A stretch of 64,000 nt of DNA, taken from contig OZ316896.1 of assembly GCA_973895155.1 (NCBI GenBank), positions 18,960,754 to 19,024,753 on the forward strand, read 5' to 3'. Positions 13,237 to 26,795 of the stretch are shown here, piece by piece. Origin of the DNA: Marsupella aquatica. Taxonomy: Eukaryota; Plantae; Marchantiophyta. Under the pieces are notes generated by a model. The model did not search any database. It was not told where the DNA came from and saw nothing but the letters and a program-made list of their open reading frames with translations. The translations under genes and the position numbers were made by a program. Each line of letters starts with the position of its first letter. Position 1 is the first letter of the stretch.

Positions 13237-13582
13237 TGTTAGATATTGCTCTAGTCTTGTGACTCATGAGCTAACCACAGTTAGTCTAACTCGGGGTAGG
13301 ACTTAGCTAATGTTAGCGCTAGTGCTGTTGTGCATATAGCCAGGGCTGATGGCAGACCCTGGTAGAACTTAGGCTCTTTGTTACGAAGCTAGTTGAGAGA
13401 TAGGGAGAGCTTGTGCTGTGGATGCTTGGTATGGCCGGTCGGCCTAGAGTGAAATAAAAAACTCTTGTGTGTTCCCGTGGACGTAGCCTCATATGGAGGT
13501 GAACCACGTATCTCTCTGTGTTGACTATTGTGCGTTGGATGGTTCATGGGCTTGCCGTTGCGAATGTCGTCTATGCTCAACA
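13237..13582 (+). repeat. 5' LTR (346 bp)
   Basis: tgttagatattgc...tatgctcaaca; by eye about 8 substitutions and a 2-nt indel versus the 3' LTR. Confidence 0.95.
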
Positions 13583-13584
13583 AG

Positions 13585-13596
13585 TGGTATCAGAGC
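13585..13596 (+). promoter_or_regulatory. primer-binding site (initiator tRNA-Met)
   Basis: TGGTATCAGAGC 2 nt after the 5' LTR. Confidence 0.9.
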
Positions 13597-15237
13597 ATGC
13601 CTGGGAGGTGACGAGGTTTTTTCGTGATAGGTTTTTTCCAGCGTTCATTGTCGGTGACACATTCGGAGTTTCGTCGCATGAAACTTGGATGTGTGTGGCT
13701 GTGTGGATAGGTTAGTGAGAGGGCTTTCTAACAATGGTTAGAACTCGCTGATCGGTATCCGTGGTGTGGAGGAATTGAAGTTTGCATCGTTCAGGGTTTA
13801 TTCGTGTTCGACGGTTTTTTGGGGGAGAGACCAGAGTTTGCGTTTTTCAACGGTGTGAGCTATGCGGTGCGGGAGGGATCGCACATTATAGCTCATGTTG
13901 AAGTTTAAAGCGAGCTGGTCATTTTGGTAGTTGGATTGTTGCTGAGTTGTTACCGAGTGCGTCGTGATGAGTGAAGGAGGCGTTCAGGTTTTTTCACAAG
14001 CTATGGAGCTTGTTCTCATCTGAATCGGGTTTCCCTTTGTGACGTCCAACTTGTTGGAAGAGACGCGAAGTGCCACGACTCAACGGTTTGATCACGGCGA
14101 GGCGGTCATTTTGAGCCTGGGATTGGCACTTGACGCGGAGTGAAGGCGACGCGGCGGAAATAATTTACTCTGTTGGAGCTACAGACTGTGCCGGTGCAAT
14201 TCGGCCACATTTACCGTCAGCGGCGGTCACTTTTTCTTGTTGGAAACGGCGGCGGCTAAGGTGAGTAATTGCCTTTTTTCCTTGGGGGGATTCTTTTGCT
14301 TTTAAAGGGGTTTTAAAACACCCCTTTGTGTGTATACAGTGCGTATACACACACTGTATACAAGGCCCGCGTACCCGGACTTTACCCCTGCCCGCACCTC
14401 GTTTCCTCCCGCAGCGGCGAGCTGCGCAGTGCCGGCCGGTGCCTCTCGCGCGCTCGCTACCCTCCCTCCCTCCGGCCGGCCCCTCACGCGACCCTGTCCT
14501 CGGCAGCCGGTGCCACCCGACCCCTGTCCTGCCTTAGGAAACCGCCTCCTGCCTCCAGCCGGGGCCCCTCCGAGGCGCACGACGACGTTTAACCCCGCGC
14601 CCGGCCGTGCTCCAGCCCTCGTACTTGCCCCGTCCCTCCATACGCGTGTACCCCCACCTATGGACACCGCCTCGCGTCGCGCATAGCGGATGCGCGTTTT
14701 GGGTGTATGTATGTTTAAAAAGCCTTTACACCCCCTTTCAAGGGCCATTTTTTGGTCTTTTTCTTGTCGGCTCTTCTATTGGCTGTCCCGGGCCCTGTGA
14801 CCCTCCGTTTTAATCGCTCCGACAGGGGGAACGGCCCCCTGTGAGACCTGTCGGACTGTGCGGGAATATTCCCAAAAAAACAGAGAGCTGTTTTTCGGCC
14901 GTCCGACAAAGATTCCGTCCACCGAACGGTAACTTTTTTGGTTATTTTTTGGCGAGGACGTTGCCACTGGAGTTAGCAACGCGGCGCACCGATCACATTG
15001 CGATTCCGACGACGGGTTGTACTGGGTATTTTAGTTATTCTCCGAGGTGGTCAAAACGGGGGGGTTTCCCAAGGTTTTACCCACCCCGACCAAAATTTGA
15101 ATAACTTTTTTGTCGAATTTTGATTTTGATTTTGGCTTTCAGTATTGGACTCCTAGCTTCATGGGCTACGCAGCGGTGTTGAGTTTTGAGTTTTGTGAGA
15201 AGTTTCAAAAAAAGACATTTTTTTGTGATTGTTTCAT

Positions 15238-18200
15238 ATGAGTGACTCAGAGGATACTAGAAGAATTGGCATTGGTGGAGCTTCAGGATCGCGACGGTCA
15301 GATGGAGAGTCTGAGGAGGAGCTGCTCCCATTTGAGGAAGAACTAGTGATACCGGTACAATCACCGGTGCGGCGTGCTGTGGAGGAAGCTGTTCTACTAC
15401 CAGAGTTATCGGTAGTAGAGAAGAAGAGGGAGATGGCTAGATTTGGAGGAGTGAAGTTTGAGGTGGAGAAGTACGATGGTCGTACTGATTACTTGCTCTG
15501 GGAGAAGCAAGTGAAGGGTGTTCTACGGGCCATGGGCTTAGCTCATCTGCTTTCTTCGCGAGAGCAGTATGATGGAGAGGAGGAGATTTCTGTGAAGCAG
15601 TGGAGACAGGAGCAGGTGATTGTTGTCAATGCAGTGATGCTATACCTCAAGCCGCACATCATCAAGCAACTGGATGATTATGCGGATTGCGCGTCACTGT
15701 TCAAGGCTCTAAGAGAGAAGTACTACCGGGAAGATGCGTCAGACCGGCTATACAAGAAGTCTCTCTTGATGAGCCTCAGGCTCAAGGAAGGGAGCAAGAT
15801 GCAAGATCACCTGGATGAATTTGATAGTCTAGCGGTGGATCTGTCAAACCTGGGAAAAGGAGTTGAAGATGAGGATAAGGCCTTGCTTCTGCTAAGCTCC
15901 TTACCACCGTCATATCAGGGCTTGAAACAGGTGCTCTTGTACAGAGATCTGAAGTCCATTTCGTATAATGAGGTGGTGAGCTCCTTGCTGTCTGATGATG
16001 CTTAGAAGAAGTTGGGTCAATCACAAACAACATCTTCTTCTGGCACTACGCTCAATGTGAACAGGGTGGCACTACGCTCAATGTGAACAGGGGAAGAGCA
16101 GCACAGCGCACAAATGGAAAGAACAGGTTTAGATCTACATCACGGGGGAGATCTAAATCCAGAGGGGAAATCGCAAGAGAGGAAGCCTCTTGCATGTTGG
16201 AATTGTGGCAAGCCAGACCACATGAAAAGGGATTGTCGAGTAAAGGTCCCTACTGCCTCTGCTAATGCAGCATCAAGCTCACATGAGGTAGATTTACTCG
16301 ATGATGATGACATATTGTGATGTCAAGGTTATGCTCTCAACGTAGTGTCAAATCCAGGTAGTGATGACTGGATTCTAGATAGTGCATGTACTTTTCACAT
16401 TTGCTCTAGGAGAGATTGTTTCAGTTCTTACACGGTTTCCAACGGGTCAGTGTTGATGGGAAATGGAATCCCATGTCAAGTTGTTGGACTTGGATATGTA
16501 AGATTTCAGATGTTTGATGGTGCTGTGAGAACATTGAGGAATGTGAGACATATTCCCAGCATGATGAAAAATCTCATTTCACTTGGAGTTTTAGAGGCAA
16601 ATGGTCATCAATGGAGTTCTACTAATGGTGTCCTTCAGGTTTCAACTGGTACTAAAGTTGTATTGAAGGGAAAGTGACATTGCAATCTATATGTTTTGGA
16701 GGGCAGTGTAGTCTGTGATGAAGCCAATGTAACCTTATCTCATGAGGAGACGGCCCGGCTGTGGCACTTCCGTTTGGGCCACATGAATAAAAAAGGTTTG
16801 GTTATTCTTCAGAAGAAAGGATTACTTTATAATTTGCAATCTTGTAAGTTGGAATTTTGTGAGCACTGTGTGCTAGGGAAACATCACAGGAAACCCTTTG
16901 GAGTTGGAACTCACACTAGCAAGGAGGTACTTGAGTATGTACATAGTGATGTGTGGGGTCCAGCCCCTACTCCCTCACATTCTGGACGATTATACTATGT
17001 CACGTTCATAGACGATTACTCAAGGTATGTGTGGATATACTTTCGACACAATAAATCTGATGTTTTTGCCACTTTTAAGAAGTGGAAAGCCCAAGTTGAG
17101 AATCAGACTGGTAATAAGGTGAGATATCTTCGATCAGATAACGGCGGTGAATACAGTTCCGGGGGAATTTAGAACGTATTGTAAGGAGCAGGGGATTACC
17201 CGCCATCTCACAACAAGTTATACTCCTCAGCAGAATGGTGTTTCTAAGAGACTCAACTAAACACTATTGGACCGCTCGAGGAGTATGTTAAGTCAATCAT
17301 GCTTACCACATGAGTTTTGGGCTGAAGCTGTCAACACTACAACTTATTTGATAAATTTTTCTCCATCCAGTTCTATTGGATTCAAAACGTCATTTGAAAT
17401 GAGGTACGGGCGTCCAGCAGATTACTCACATCTGAGGATTTTTTGATGTGATGCTTATGTGCTTACACCTTCCCAGCTTCGATCCAAGCTGGAGTCCAAG
17501 TCGAAGAAGTGTATTTTCCTTGGCTATCAGAAAGGTGTGAAGGGTTATAGGTTATGGGATCCAGTAACCTGTAAACTAATTGTCAGTAGAGATGTGTCTT
17601 TTAATGAATCCAGATCATCAAAGGAGGGGGAGAGTTCTCAGGACTCCCATATTGACAAGGGAAAATCTCCCATCCCGGACCGGGTTGAGGGGGAGATTAG
17701 TCATGATGCAGTTCATGACAGGAGAGATGGAGAAGCTCCGAGCTTGGAGTTGGTTCCTATGATGGAACAAGAGGAGAAAATTGTTGCTAGGGTACCTCAA
17801 ATTCAACCAGCAGCAGCAACAGATCAGCCTGAGTCATCTACTAGAAGAACTTCCAGTCGTTCTACTAGAGCTCCTCTCAGGTATGGTCAATGGGCAAACT
17901 CATCTAAGCTAGATGATATTGACATTGTACCTGATGAAGATGATATGGCTTTGATCTTGGAAGAAGGAGAGCCTTCTTCGTATAGTGAAGCTTGTGCTTC
18001 AGAGCAGAAGCATGAGTGGAATGCAACAATGCAGAGGGAGTTGCAATCTTTGAGTGACAACAAGACATGGGAACTGGTGGACCTTCCAAGAGGTCAGCAA
18101 GTGGTGGACAACAAGTGGATTTACAAGTTGAAGGATAGTCCTTCAGAGGGTGGAGACAAGATCTACAAGGCAAGGCTTGTTGCCAAGGGATTCACTCAAG

Positions 18201-19540
18201 AGAAAGGAGTGGATTACAATGAGGTCTTTTCACTGGTGGCTAAGTATTCCACAATTCGGCTCTTGTGTCAGCTTGTTGTGTTTTTTGGTCTGGTGATGGA
18301 TCAGATGGATGTTGTTATTGCTTTTCTCTATGGCAACTTGGAAGAGATGATCTTCATGAGACAGCCACTAGGCTTTATGAAGAAGGGCCAAGAGAACTTA
18401 GTTTGCAGATTGCTCAAGTCCTTGTATGGATTGAAACAGTCTCCCAGATAGTGGAACAAGCGGTTTGATGATTTCATGCTTACTCAAGGTTTTACAAAGA
18501 TGGTGTATGATCCTTGTATGTATACGAAATCAGTCAAGAATGATGTATTTGGTTTCATCATTCTGGTGATCTATGTGGATGACATGCTGATTGTGGCTAA
18601 AGATCAATCTGAGGTTAACAGTCTCAAGACGAAATTGATTGTTGAATTCAGGATGAAGGATCTTGGTAAGGCCAAGAGGATCTTAGGGATGGAGATTTTT
18701 AGGAACTCTGAGACTGGACAGTTGTGCTTGAGTCAAGGCCAGTATGCGAGGAAAGTACTTGCACGATTCAACATGGAGAACTGTAAGCCAGTGAGTATTC
18801 CTTTAGCTTCACATTTCAAGTTATCATCGGCTTTCTCTCCTACGGATGCTGTGGAGAAAGGTCTGATGGCTAAGATTCCTTATGAGAAGGCAGTAGGCAG
18901 TCTGATGTATTTGATGACTTGTACTAGGCCTGACTTGGCCCTAGCGATGGGCAAGGTCAGCAGATTCATGTCAAATCCAGGGAAGGTACATTGGGAAGCT
19001 GTGAAATGGATTCTCAGGTATGTGAGAGGAACACAGGACTATGGATTACTATTTGATAACAGATCAGATAGAACGTTAGTTGGCTATGTAGATTCTGACT
19101 ATGGAGGCTGTCTGGATACAAGGAGGTCTACAACTGGGTTTGTATACACTCATGGAGGATGATGTATCAGTTGGAAATCTACCTTGCATAAATGTATATC
19201 TCAGTCTACTACAGAAGCAGAGTATGTTGCAGCAGCAGAAGCAGCAAAGGAAGCAATTTGGTTGGATAAGTTGATCGCGGAGATGGGTTTAGAGCATGGA
19301 AAAATGACTCTAAACTGTGATAGTCAGAGTGCTCTTCACTTGGCTGCTAACCAGGTGATGGATAGCAGGGTGAAGCACATTGATATCAGGTACCATTTTA
19401 TCAGGCAAGCAGTGTCTGATAAAACTTTTGAGCTAGTCAAGATTGATGGAAAGCTCAATCCCGTTGATGCTTTTACCAAAGTGATTCCTTTGGAGAGTTT
19501 CTCAAGACACCGTGCTACTTTGCAGGTTTTGCAATTGTAG
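15238..19540 (+). pseudogene. Copia gag-pol polyprotein, disrupted by stops and frameshifts
   Basis: Gag (VEKYDGRTDYLLW; zinc knuckle CWNCGKPDHMKRDC), protease WILDSAC, integrase (LWHFRLGH..CEHC, VHSDVWGP, LRSDNGGEY), RT (YVDDMLI), RNase H (DSDYGG, STTEAEY, KHIDIRYHF). A 26-bp tandem duplication at 16041-16092 shifts the frame. Confidence 0.95.
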
Positions 19541-19751
19541 TGCAAGTAGAGTTATTTAGCAATATTTGTGTGACTATTTGTATATGGATTACTCATTCCT
19601 GTTAGGCTATGGCTTAGTTCTAGTTAACCCTTAGTTAACCCTTGTGGTTTTTAGGGGGAGACCTGGTTTGGTGATTGTCTAGAACTTCCCGCTGAGGATT
19701 CCATATGGTAGCATTTAGTCCAGTCCCCAAGACAAGAGTCAAGGGGGAGTT

Positions 19752-20095
19752 TGTTAGATATTGCTCTAGTCTTGTGACTCATGAGCTAACCACAGTTAGT
19801 CTAACTCGGGGTAGGACTTAGCTAATGTTAGCGCTAGTGCTATTGTGCATATAGTCAGGGTTGATGGCAGACCCTGGTAGAACTTAGGCTCTTTGTTACG
19901 GAGCTAGTTGAGAGATAGGGAGAGCTTGTGCTGTGGATGCTTGGTATGGCCGGTCGGCCTAGAGTGCAGTAAAACTCTTGTGTGTTCCCGTGGACGTAGC
20001 CTCATATGGAGGTGAACCACGTATCTCTCTGTGTCGACTATTGTGCGTTGGATGGTTCATGGGCTTGCCATTGCGAATGTCGTCTATGCTCAACA
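19752..20095 (+). repeat. 3' LTR (344 bp)
   Basis: Copy of 13237-13582, preceded by the polypurine tract at 19741-19749. Confidence 0.95.
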
Positions 20096-21365
20096 TTTGC
20101 CCACAAATTAAGTGGTAGCTTGAGTGGCCTAGAGTTGGATGTCACTCTCTTATCATGGGGGCTTCACCCTAGGCGATTTCCATATCATGTGCAACATTTT
20201 TGAATAATAAATACACTAAAAAACAAGAAAACAAATTCTTTTGATTTGTCATACCCCTAACTTTTGAACTGCATGTTATAGGAATAATTTTACATTTGGG
20301 TTAATTTAGAAACTCTCATAATTCTTATCATTTTCAAAATTGGATTAAAATACCCTTAATGTTCTTCCACAAAAATGTATAGACTTCCACTAACCTACTG
20401 TTTCCTGCCACGTTACAATGAGCCCATGTGGAGTTAGCTAGCAAAAAGAGGAGCCCCAAAAATTGCTAGCCAGACAATTGGACATAGAAAAATTAGAAGA
20501 TAATATGAGAAAAAAATTCGCTCATGCAACGAATTTTTTAGTGTTTCCTGGCAAGTCACAATGACCCCATGTGGACGAGATTTATCAACTCTCTGTTTCC
20601 TGGCACCACAATGACCCCATGTGGACGAGATTTATCAACTCTCTCTTTACTTTATTCTATTCAAAATCGCCGGCTCTCTCAGCTCCAAGCAGGGCTGGCG
20701 TTGAGAACAAGTCGCAATGGATTGAGCGCATAGTCGTCCTTCTCTCCAGGGTTGGGGCACAGACCTCCTCGAAGTGTCAGCATTGCGAACATTGCCCTCT
20801 CAACTTCGGTGCAACACCTAAAGCTCACAATTTGCAGTTTCACAATTCGAATTCTCTGGTGAAAACTGCAAACGGGTCATAGGCTGAAGAGTTGCCCAAC
20901 GAGCTCTCAGCGGTTGTATCCCAGTTTGAGTCGCTTGCAGTGCTTGAAGATCAAAACAGTTTCAATGGAGTGGATGGGTATGCCGGCAAATGTCTCAGCG
21001 GCTGCACGCAATATCGGTTTAGACAGGTCAACCTAAGACTAACATTAAGGTGATGACTCCGAGGCTAGGATACTTTGCATGATCTAAAAAATCTTGAGCT
21101 AAATATTATTGGCGCCAAGTGGCTGTCATTCCATGTGTAAGTGTTATATGTCTCAATGGAACACACCGCATTTCAGACTATTGATTTCTTGGAAATCTGT
21201 GATCTTCTCTGACAATCACAGAAATTGAGATTGGCTCACAATTTTCTAGGAAGTCTAATCGGTTCACTTGCCCTGGAATCTCCGGAGTGTTGTGTTATGT
21301 GCACAGGCCGTCGATTTCGAGAAGCTTGAACTGTAGAAGTGGTGACGGCTCATCGTGCAGAAATT

Positions 21366-24300
21366 ATGGAAGCGATCTCGTTGCTGGGGCTGCTGGCATG
21401 GGTGGCAATGGCTGGAACTAGTACTGCGGTAGTACTGTATTGTTCCCGCTGGTGGGCACTGCAGTACGGCTTAATCAGCTTGGATGAGAATGGGAGGCTT
21501 ACTCTCAAGCCGAAAACCGTGCCCCCAGGGAGAATGGGACTCCCAGTGATCGGGCAATATTATGAGTGGGCGAAGGGCCAAAATGCTTTCTATGATGCGC
21601 GCTGGAAGAGGTAATTTAGCGCCCTGACGTCTATTAACGAATTCACGTTTAAACTTTTGCCCACACATGATAGCTCGATAAAGGATTTATCGGTGGTAGT
21701 TTCCAGGAACGAAGGCATTTATGAGAATCTCAACTTAGATAATTTGTACATGATCGAGAACTCAGCAGTTCTCTTGTAAGAAAATACATTTGAAACCAGA
21801 TAGCACAGCGTCGGTGAAGGTGGAATGTTATACGTCGTTAGGTCCAAAGTAGCGCAATTACAGAGAGAAGATTCACAGCTCATGGTAAGTACGTTTGGTT
21901 TATCAGACATTTTCTTCGTATTGTAGGAAATGGAACAATTCGAATTGTTCTCGAAGAACTCAAGTTACGAAGTCATTGAAGTCATTATGACTGCCTCTAA
22001 CTCCTCCACCGATTTTGAATCATCCTAATATCGTCCGAATTATCGCAGACATGGCGAAATCTACAAGACCCATCTTTTCGGCCATCCCACGGTGGTTGTG
22101 ACAACACTCGAGGCTGCCAAAAGCTTAATAGTAAAAAGTGGAGACTCCTTGAAGGGATCTTCTCCAGGCGAAATGGTTTCCATTCTCGGCCCACACTTTG
22201 TGGATTACCTAGAAGGAGAACAGCATACCCGTGTGAAGAGACGGCTAACGAAGCATCTACAGCCAGAATCTATGAAATCCTTGATCCCGGGGATCGAAGA
22301 ACTAGCAAAAAAACATATAAACAGCTGGAGCAACGGATCGAGTATTATATTTTCAGACGAGATTGAGAGGGTGAGCTCTACCTACAACCCTCACCATGCC
22401 AAGCATCTCTCTAATTAGCGAGTTACAATTGCCTCGTAGCGTCAGCTCAGATGAGAGGTCGACGACCTCGCGAGTGTTTGCAAATGGGCTCAGCCTATTC
22501 CAATTCTCACTTGACGATGTGATTGTGTTACTGGCTGGAGAATTCAGTATACGTTGGGGGTAGGTATGTTGGCGTTCGTGGGACCCCTAACATCTGTCTC
22601 TGCTGCTAAGCTGAACCAAGAATTCGATGAGCTAGAGAAGGGCTTTATATCACTACCGATAAACAGACCTGGCTATCAGTACTACGAAAGCATGCAGGTA
22701 TGTCTCCCTTGCATAGATTCTCTCATTCTTGATGTTCGCAAGGCGAAATTTATCAAAGTCGTAAGTTTGTGTCAAAATTTGAGAACATCAAACTTTCCAT
22801 GGTGCAATTTCTACAGCTCGTGTTTGAGCTGACTAGAGCCGATATCCATCACGTTGTATTGCGCGCGCACGATTATATTGATCTTGACCCTGTCAAGTAG
22901 CGTGAATTGATCATTGAAGGACTATTCTGAGTTTTTGCAACCCAAATTTTATGTTGGATACTTTAATTCCTGGTGTTCGCAATGCCACACGGTAATGGCT
23001 GCAGGCTAGGAAGAGGTTTGTGGGAGAGATGCACAATATCATCAGCTCAAGACAGGCGGACCAGAACACCGGAAGACCGAAATACATCATCGACTCATTA
23101 ATTGATCAAGAGGATCCTCTGCCTAAGGATGTTATTGATGATAATCTGCTCGGTTTCCTGTTTGCATCTGATCGAACCACAGCCGGGCTCATTGCGTTCA
23201 CAGTGAAATATCTTCATGATCACCCAGAGGTTCTCAAAAAATTGAAGGTACATGAGCATAACTGTTCATACACTAGACTTCCCCATAGCTTAAATACAAG
23301 AGTGTAAATTCAGACCGGGTAAATTTCAGAAAACATCTAGTCTGTGGTTATACTCTCCTGAACGTCATCAATTTAGCACAGGTGAACTGGAATTTTTTCC
23401 TTCCATTAAGTTTTCAAGCTCCCCTCTACGAACCTGAAATTTGTTTCAACATGGATGCATTAATTTTGATTATGCTTTCATCGGTTTGTTCTGGTAGAAG
23501 AAGACAAGCCCTTCTCGCTCCCATCGGAAAAAATTTCATGGCTTTGTATTGATTTACGACGAGAGGCACTTGACGTAGTGAAGTGTAGACTAATCAAGTA
23601 CATCGTCTACTTTATGCGAAAACTCCAGGATGAGCAAGAGAGAATTCGGAGTAGCAAGGCATCAGGTGATCATTTATCTTGGGAAGATTTGAAGCATATG
23701 CCCTTTACATATCAGGTGATTCTAACTGCCTTGTCCATTAAAAATTGTGTGCGTTTTATTTAAACCCTATCTAAACAAAATATTTGAATTTGTCTGCTTG
23801 CACATTTAAATGTGTCTCCGAGGGCTTCGTTTGGAATTCAACCGGCTAACCCTAAATCTCAAACAGGTAGACCTCCTCTGCTACAATGACATGATCCACT
23901 GACTGTCATTGAGTCCTGACTACCATTGTTCGCACATCAAAGATTCTTCAATTTGTATCTCATGATTATGTCCCCAAACAGATGGGTTAAGCCCCCACAG
24001 TGAGGTCTTCTCTCCAGTGAACAAGTTTCACTTTATAGTGACTGTAGTTAGACTAGCCTGAGTGCCTGTTATTTGAACCCAAGTGAAGGTGACTCGAGTA
24101 CAGTCAAGTTCTTTGCTCGTTTATCCAATTGGTTTCCAATGACTCTGCAGATCTCGAGTCATTTCCAGATTTCACCTTGCCCCAATCGCCTGTTTTCCAA
24201 CCCCCACCCCAGATTTAGTTACGCTCCCACACTCAAGGTCTAAAGGCTTTGCTCTAGACAAGTCCTGAAGGGAAGGAGTGCTTTCACATAGTTATTATAT

Positions 24301-25215
24301 GGTCAGATTCTTTGCGACCTTGAGTCCTTTGCTGTTGAGTAGGAGCTTTACCACGCTTTTCAATTATTTGTTGCTCCTTAGGAATTTACTTTGCGGTTGT
24401 GGGGATCTTGTAAGGATTCTGGTTTTTCTTTACTCTTTGGTTTTCCTGGGTTTCCCCCTTGTTTTCTCCCCTTCATCCTGTCTCCTGCCTTTGGGATCCT
24501 GTCTCCTTGTTTTGTGCATTGTTCTCTGGCTGTGTGATTTATAGATATTATCCAGCAACTTCATGTAAAGAGCTAATGTAACAAACTGATCTACTAGCCC
24601 ACTTGAGTGCAGGTCATGCAAGAATCTTCAAGATTGTCCAATACAGTGAACATGCAATACCGTGTCGTTGAAAAGGAGCTGAACTACAAAGGTGACAACT
24701 CAAACTAAACTTCAAAAGGCTAGATACTGGTCTAGATAAGTAAATCTTCTGGTCCCCGAAATTAATGGCTTTGGCAAAACACATTTTCAAAGGAAGGTGG
24801 AAAATACCATTAAGCCAAGAAGTGCTCATTTTCAAACGCTCAACTGAGCTCCAATTTTGGATGGAATCTCCATCTCAAACATTTTTCATTCACCAAGAAA
24901 TCAAGGAATTTCATTGGAAAAACATTATTTTGTTATCCAAGATAAATTCGAAACACATGTGACAGAAGATATGACTGTGACACACATATACATCAAAATT
25001 AATAGGTAAGGGTTCCTTCTCATCTGGTTTTACCCCTGCTTTACCAGGTCTAATTTATTTTGTTATAATTCAAAGATATTTGAAAATCATGGCATCTGTT
25101 TGCATGCAGGGTATGTTATACCAAAAAACTGGAGGCTTATCAGTCTGCAACGGCAATGGCATCTGGATCCAAAAGTGTTTCCAGACCCGTACAAATTTGA
25201 TCCTTCGAGATTTGA

Positions 25216-25275
<60 letters not shown>

Positions 25276-25834
25276 ACCACTGTCCCTGTGCTTTCCATAC
25301 TTTGCCAATGATCTCATACTTAGGCTGATGATCTAATTAAGCACAATTTATCATAGTGTTCTTGGATTCATTTGATCTTACTAGACCTTACGGATAAAAT
25401 TGGCCAAATTTTCAGCAGGTGAATAGTAAATCTTAAACATGCTAGATTCATTGACGTCGTGATCAAATGGAAGGTAACATTTTGAAATTTAATGGCTTGT
25501 GTAGACCTCAAACCCGTCCTTGACACCATTTGGAATGGGAACACACTTTTGTCTTGGGTATGAGCTTGCGCGAGTTGAGCTAATGATTTTTCTACATCAT
25601 TTCACCACAAAATTCAGGTCTTATTTTACCTTCTTTGCTTGAGTCACTAGCTAATGACAATTCAATTCTTGTGGTTAGTTCACCATTCTTGGCAATTTTA
25701 TATAATTTGGCACTCAAAACTAAGTGTGTGTTTTGTCCTTCTTCAGATGGGAAATAATCAAGGACGGCCCAACTGAAACAATCATATTCCCCACCCCTTA
25801 TGCCCGTTTGCCACTCAAGTTAACTCACTTGTAG
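21366..25834 (+). CDS. cytochrome P450, CYP85 clan (~477 aa, 9 exons)
   Basis: Exons 21366-21610, 22049-22370, 22548-22697, 23005-23247, 23629-23715, 24613-24691, 25110-25216, 25505-25617, 25747-25834 join in frame (1434 nt). Motifs: TM anchor, [24 protein letters not shown], ExxR (ESSR), FDPSRF, heme [11 protein letters not shown]. The 150/79/107-nt exons are typical of the CYP85 clan. The intron-7 donor is non-canonical. Confidence 0.88.
25218..25273. repeat. (CT)28 microsatellite
   Basis: Perfect CT run starting at the second base of P450 intron 7. Confidence 0.97.
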
Positions 25835-26226
25835 ACTACTGTAGGTTTTTTTCTAGCAACAAGATCATGTACCAAACAAAATAGCTTATGCATCAACTAT
25901 CACAATGCATCTAAATTCAACACTGAGTACTACATGGTGACCTGCAGAGGATGCTTATTGTTCATAGTGAGTATAATTTTATTTTAGAATACTTAATTAT
26001 TAAAGTTCACTCTTTGTTGTTTGAAACGTTGGAAAATAATTATGAGCGAACCCCTTCAATTTATTTTGGTGTTTTATTTTTACTGACTTGGTACAATAGT
26101 GGATGACTCCTCAGATGACTCTGGTATTAAAACTAAGTATCAAGCATGCAAGAGGCATTTGGTGGGACTTGAGATGCAGCCTATAATTCACACGCAAGGC
26201 TCTTAACCATTGGCCTAGACTTTCTT

Positions 26227-26524
26227 GGGGGGGGGGGGGGGTGGTTGACTATGGAAATCTGTAGGAATCACGTGTGTAAAAATAATTGTATTTGAGTGAT
26301 ACTTGCAAAAAATTTCAGAACATACCAAAGATGTAAAAGAAGGTAGCTTACTCATATATAAAGAATATTCCCTAATGTATTAGTGTCTGTTTTGCTTAAA
26401 CTAAAATAGGCCATTAACAGTGAAAGAAAAGAATCTTCCTAATTATTTCTTAATAAAATAGAGGTATTTGAATAAGGTTAGGATAGCACATGGTATCCCA
26501 GAAAAGTATAGTTAGTGAACCCTC
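26227..26524. mobile_element. degenerate MITE, relative of 38133-38412
   Basis: ggggtggttgactat...taggaatcacgtgtg at the left end and gatagcacatggtatccc...ttagtgaaccct at the right end; AT-rich interior. Confidence 0.5.
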
Positions 26525-26795
26525 AAGGGGCCATTAAGCTGTATTGTGATAGGAAGAGAGAAAATCAAAGTTGGTTGTGGTATTGGAACACTTAATATGT
26601 CGAAGTCAAAAATAAATTGTCAAAATTGTTGTTGCTCAGATAAAATCCTTAGATATGCGGCAGTACGCTGATTAGTACTAGCTTCCTTACAAGCATTAAA
26701 GCATACATAATGACAAGGCCCACAAATCAGCTCTAATGTTAGTTTGGGCAAGGCCCAGTGAAAATTGTTCCCTTGTTTGTTATTTATGAGACATA

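Larger units (their letters stand above)
13237..20095 (+). mobile_element. full-length Ty1/Copia LTR retrotransposon (decayed)
   Basis: TG...CA LTRs 13237-13582 and 19752-20095; 5-bp TSD TTTGC (13232-13236, 20096-20100); PBS TGGTATCAGAGC; PPT AAGGGGGAG; domain order gag-PR-INT-RT-RH. Confidence 0.97.

Noticed and set aside
14302-15104. Several overlapping Pro/Arg/Gly-rich ORFs
   Set aside because: Expected from the GC-rich Copia leader; no domain and open in many frames.
25080-25336. ORFs with LSLSLS / ERERER tracts
   Set aside because: Translations of the (CT)28 microsatellite overlapping P450 exon 7.
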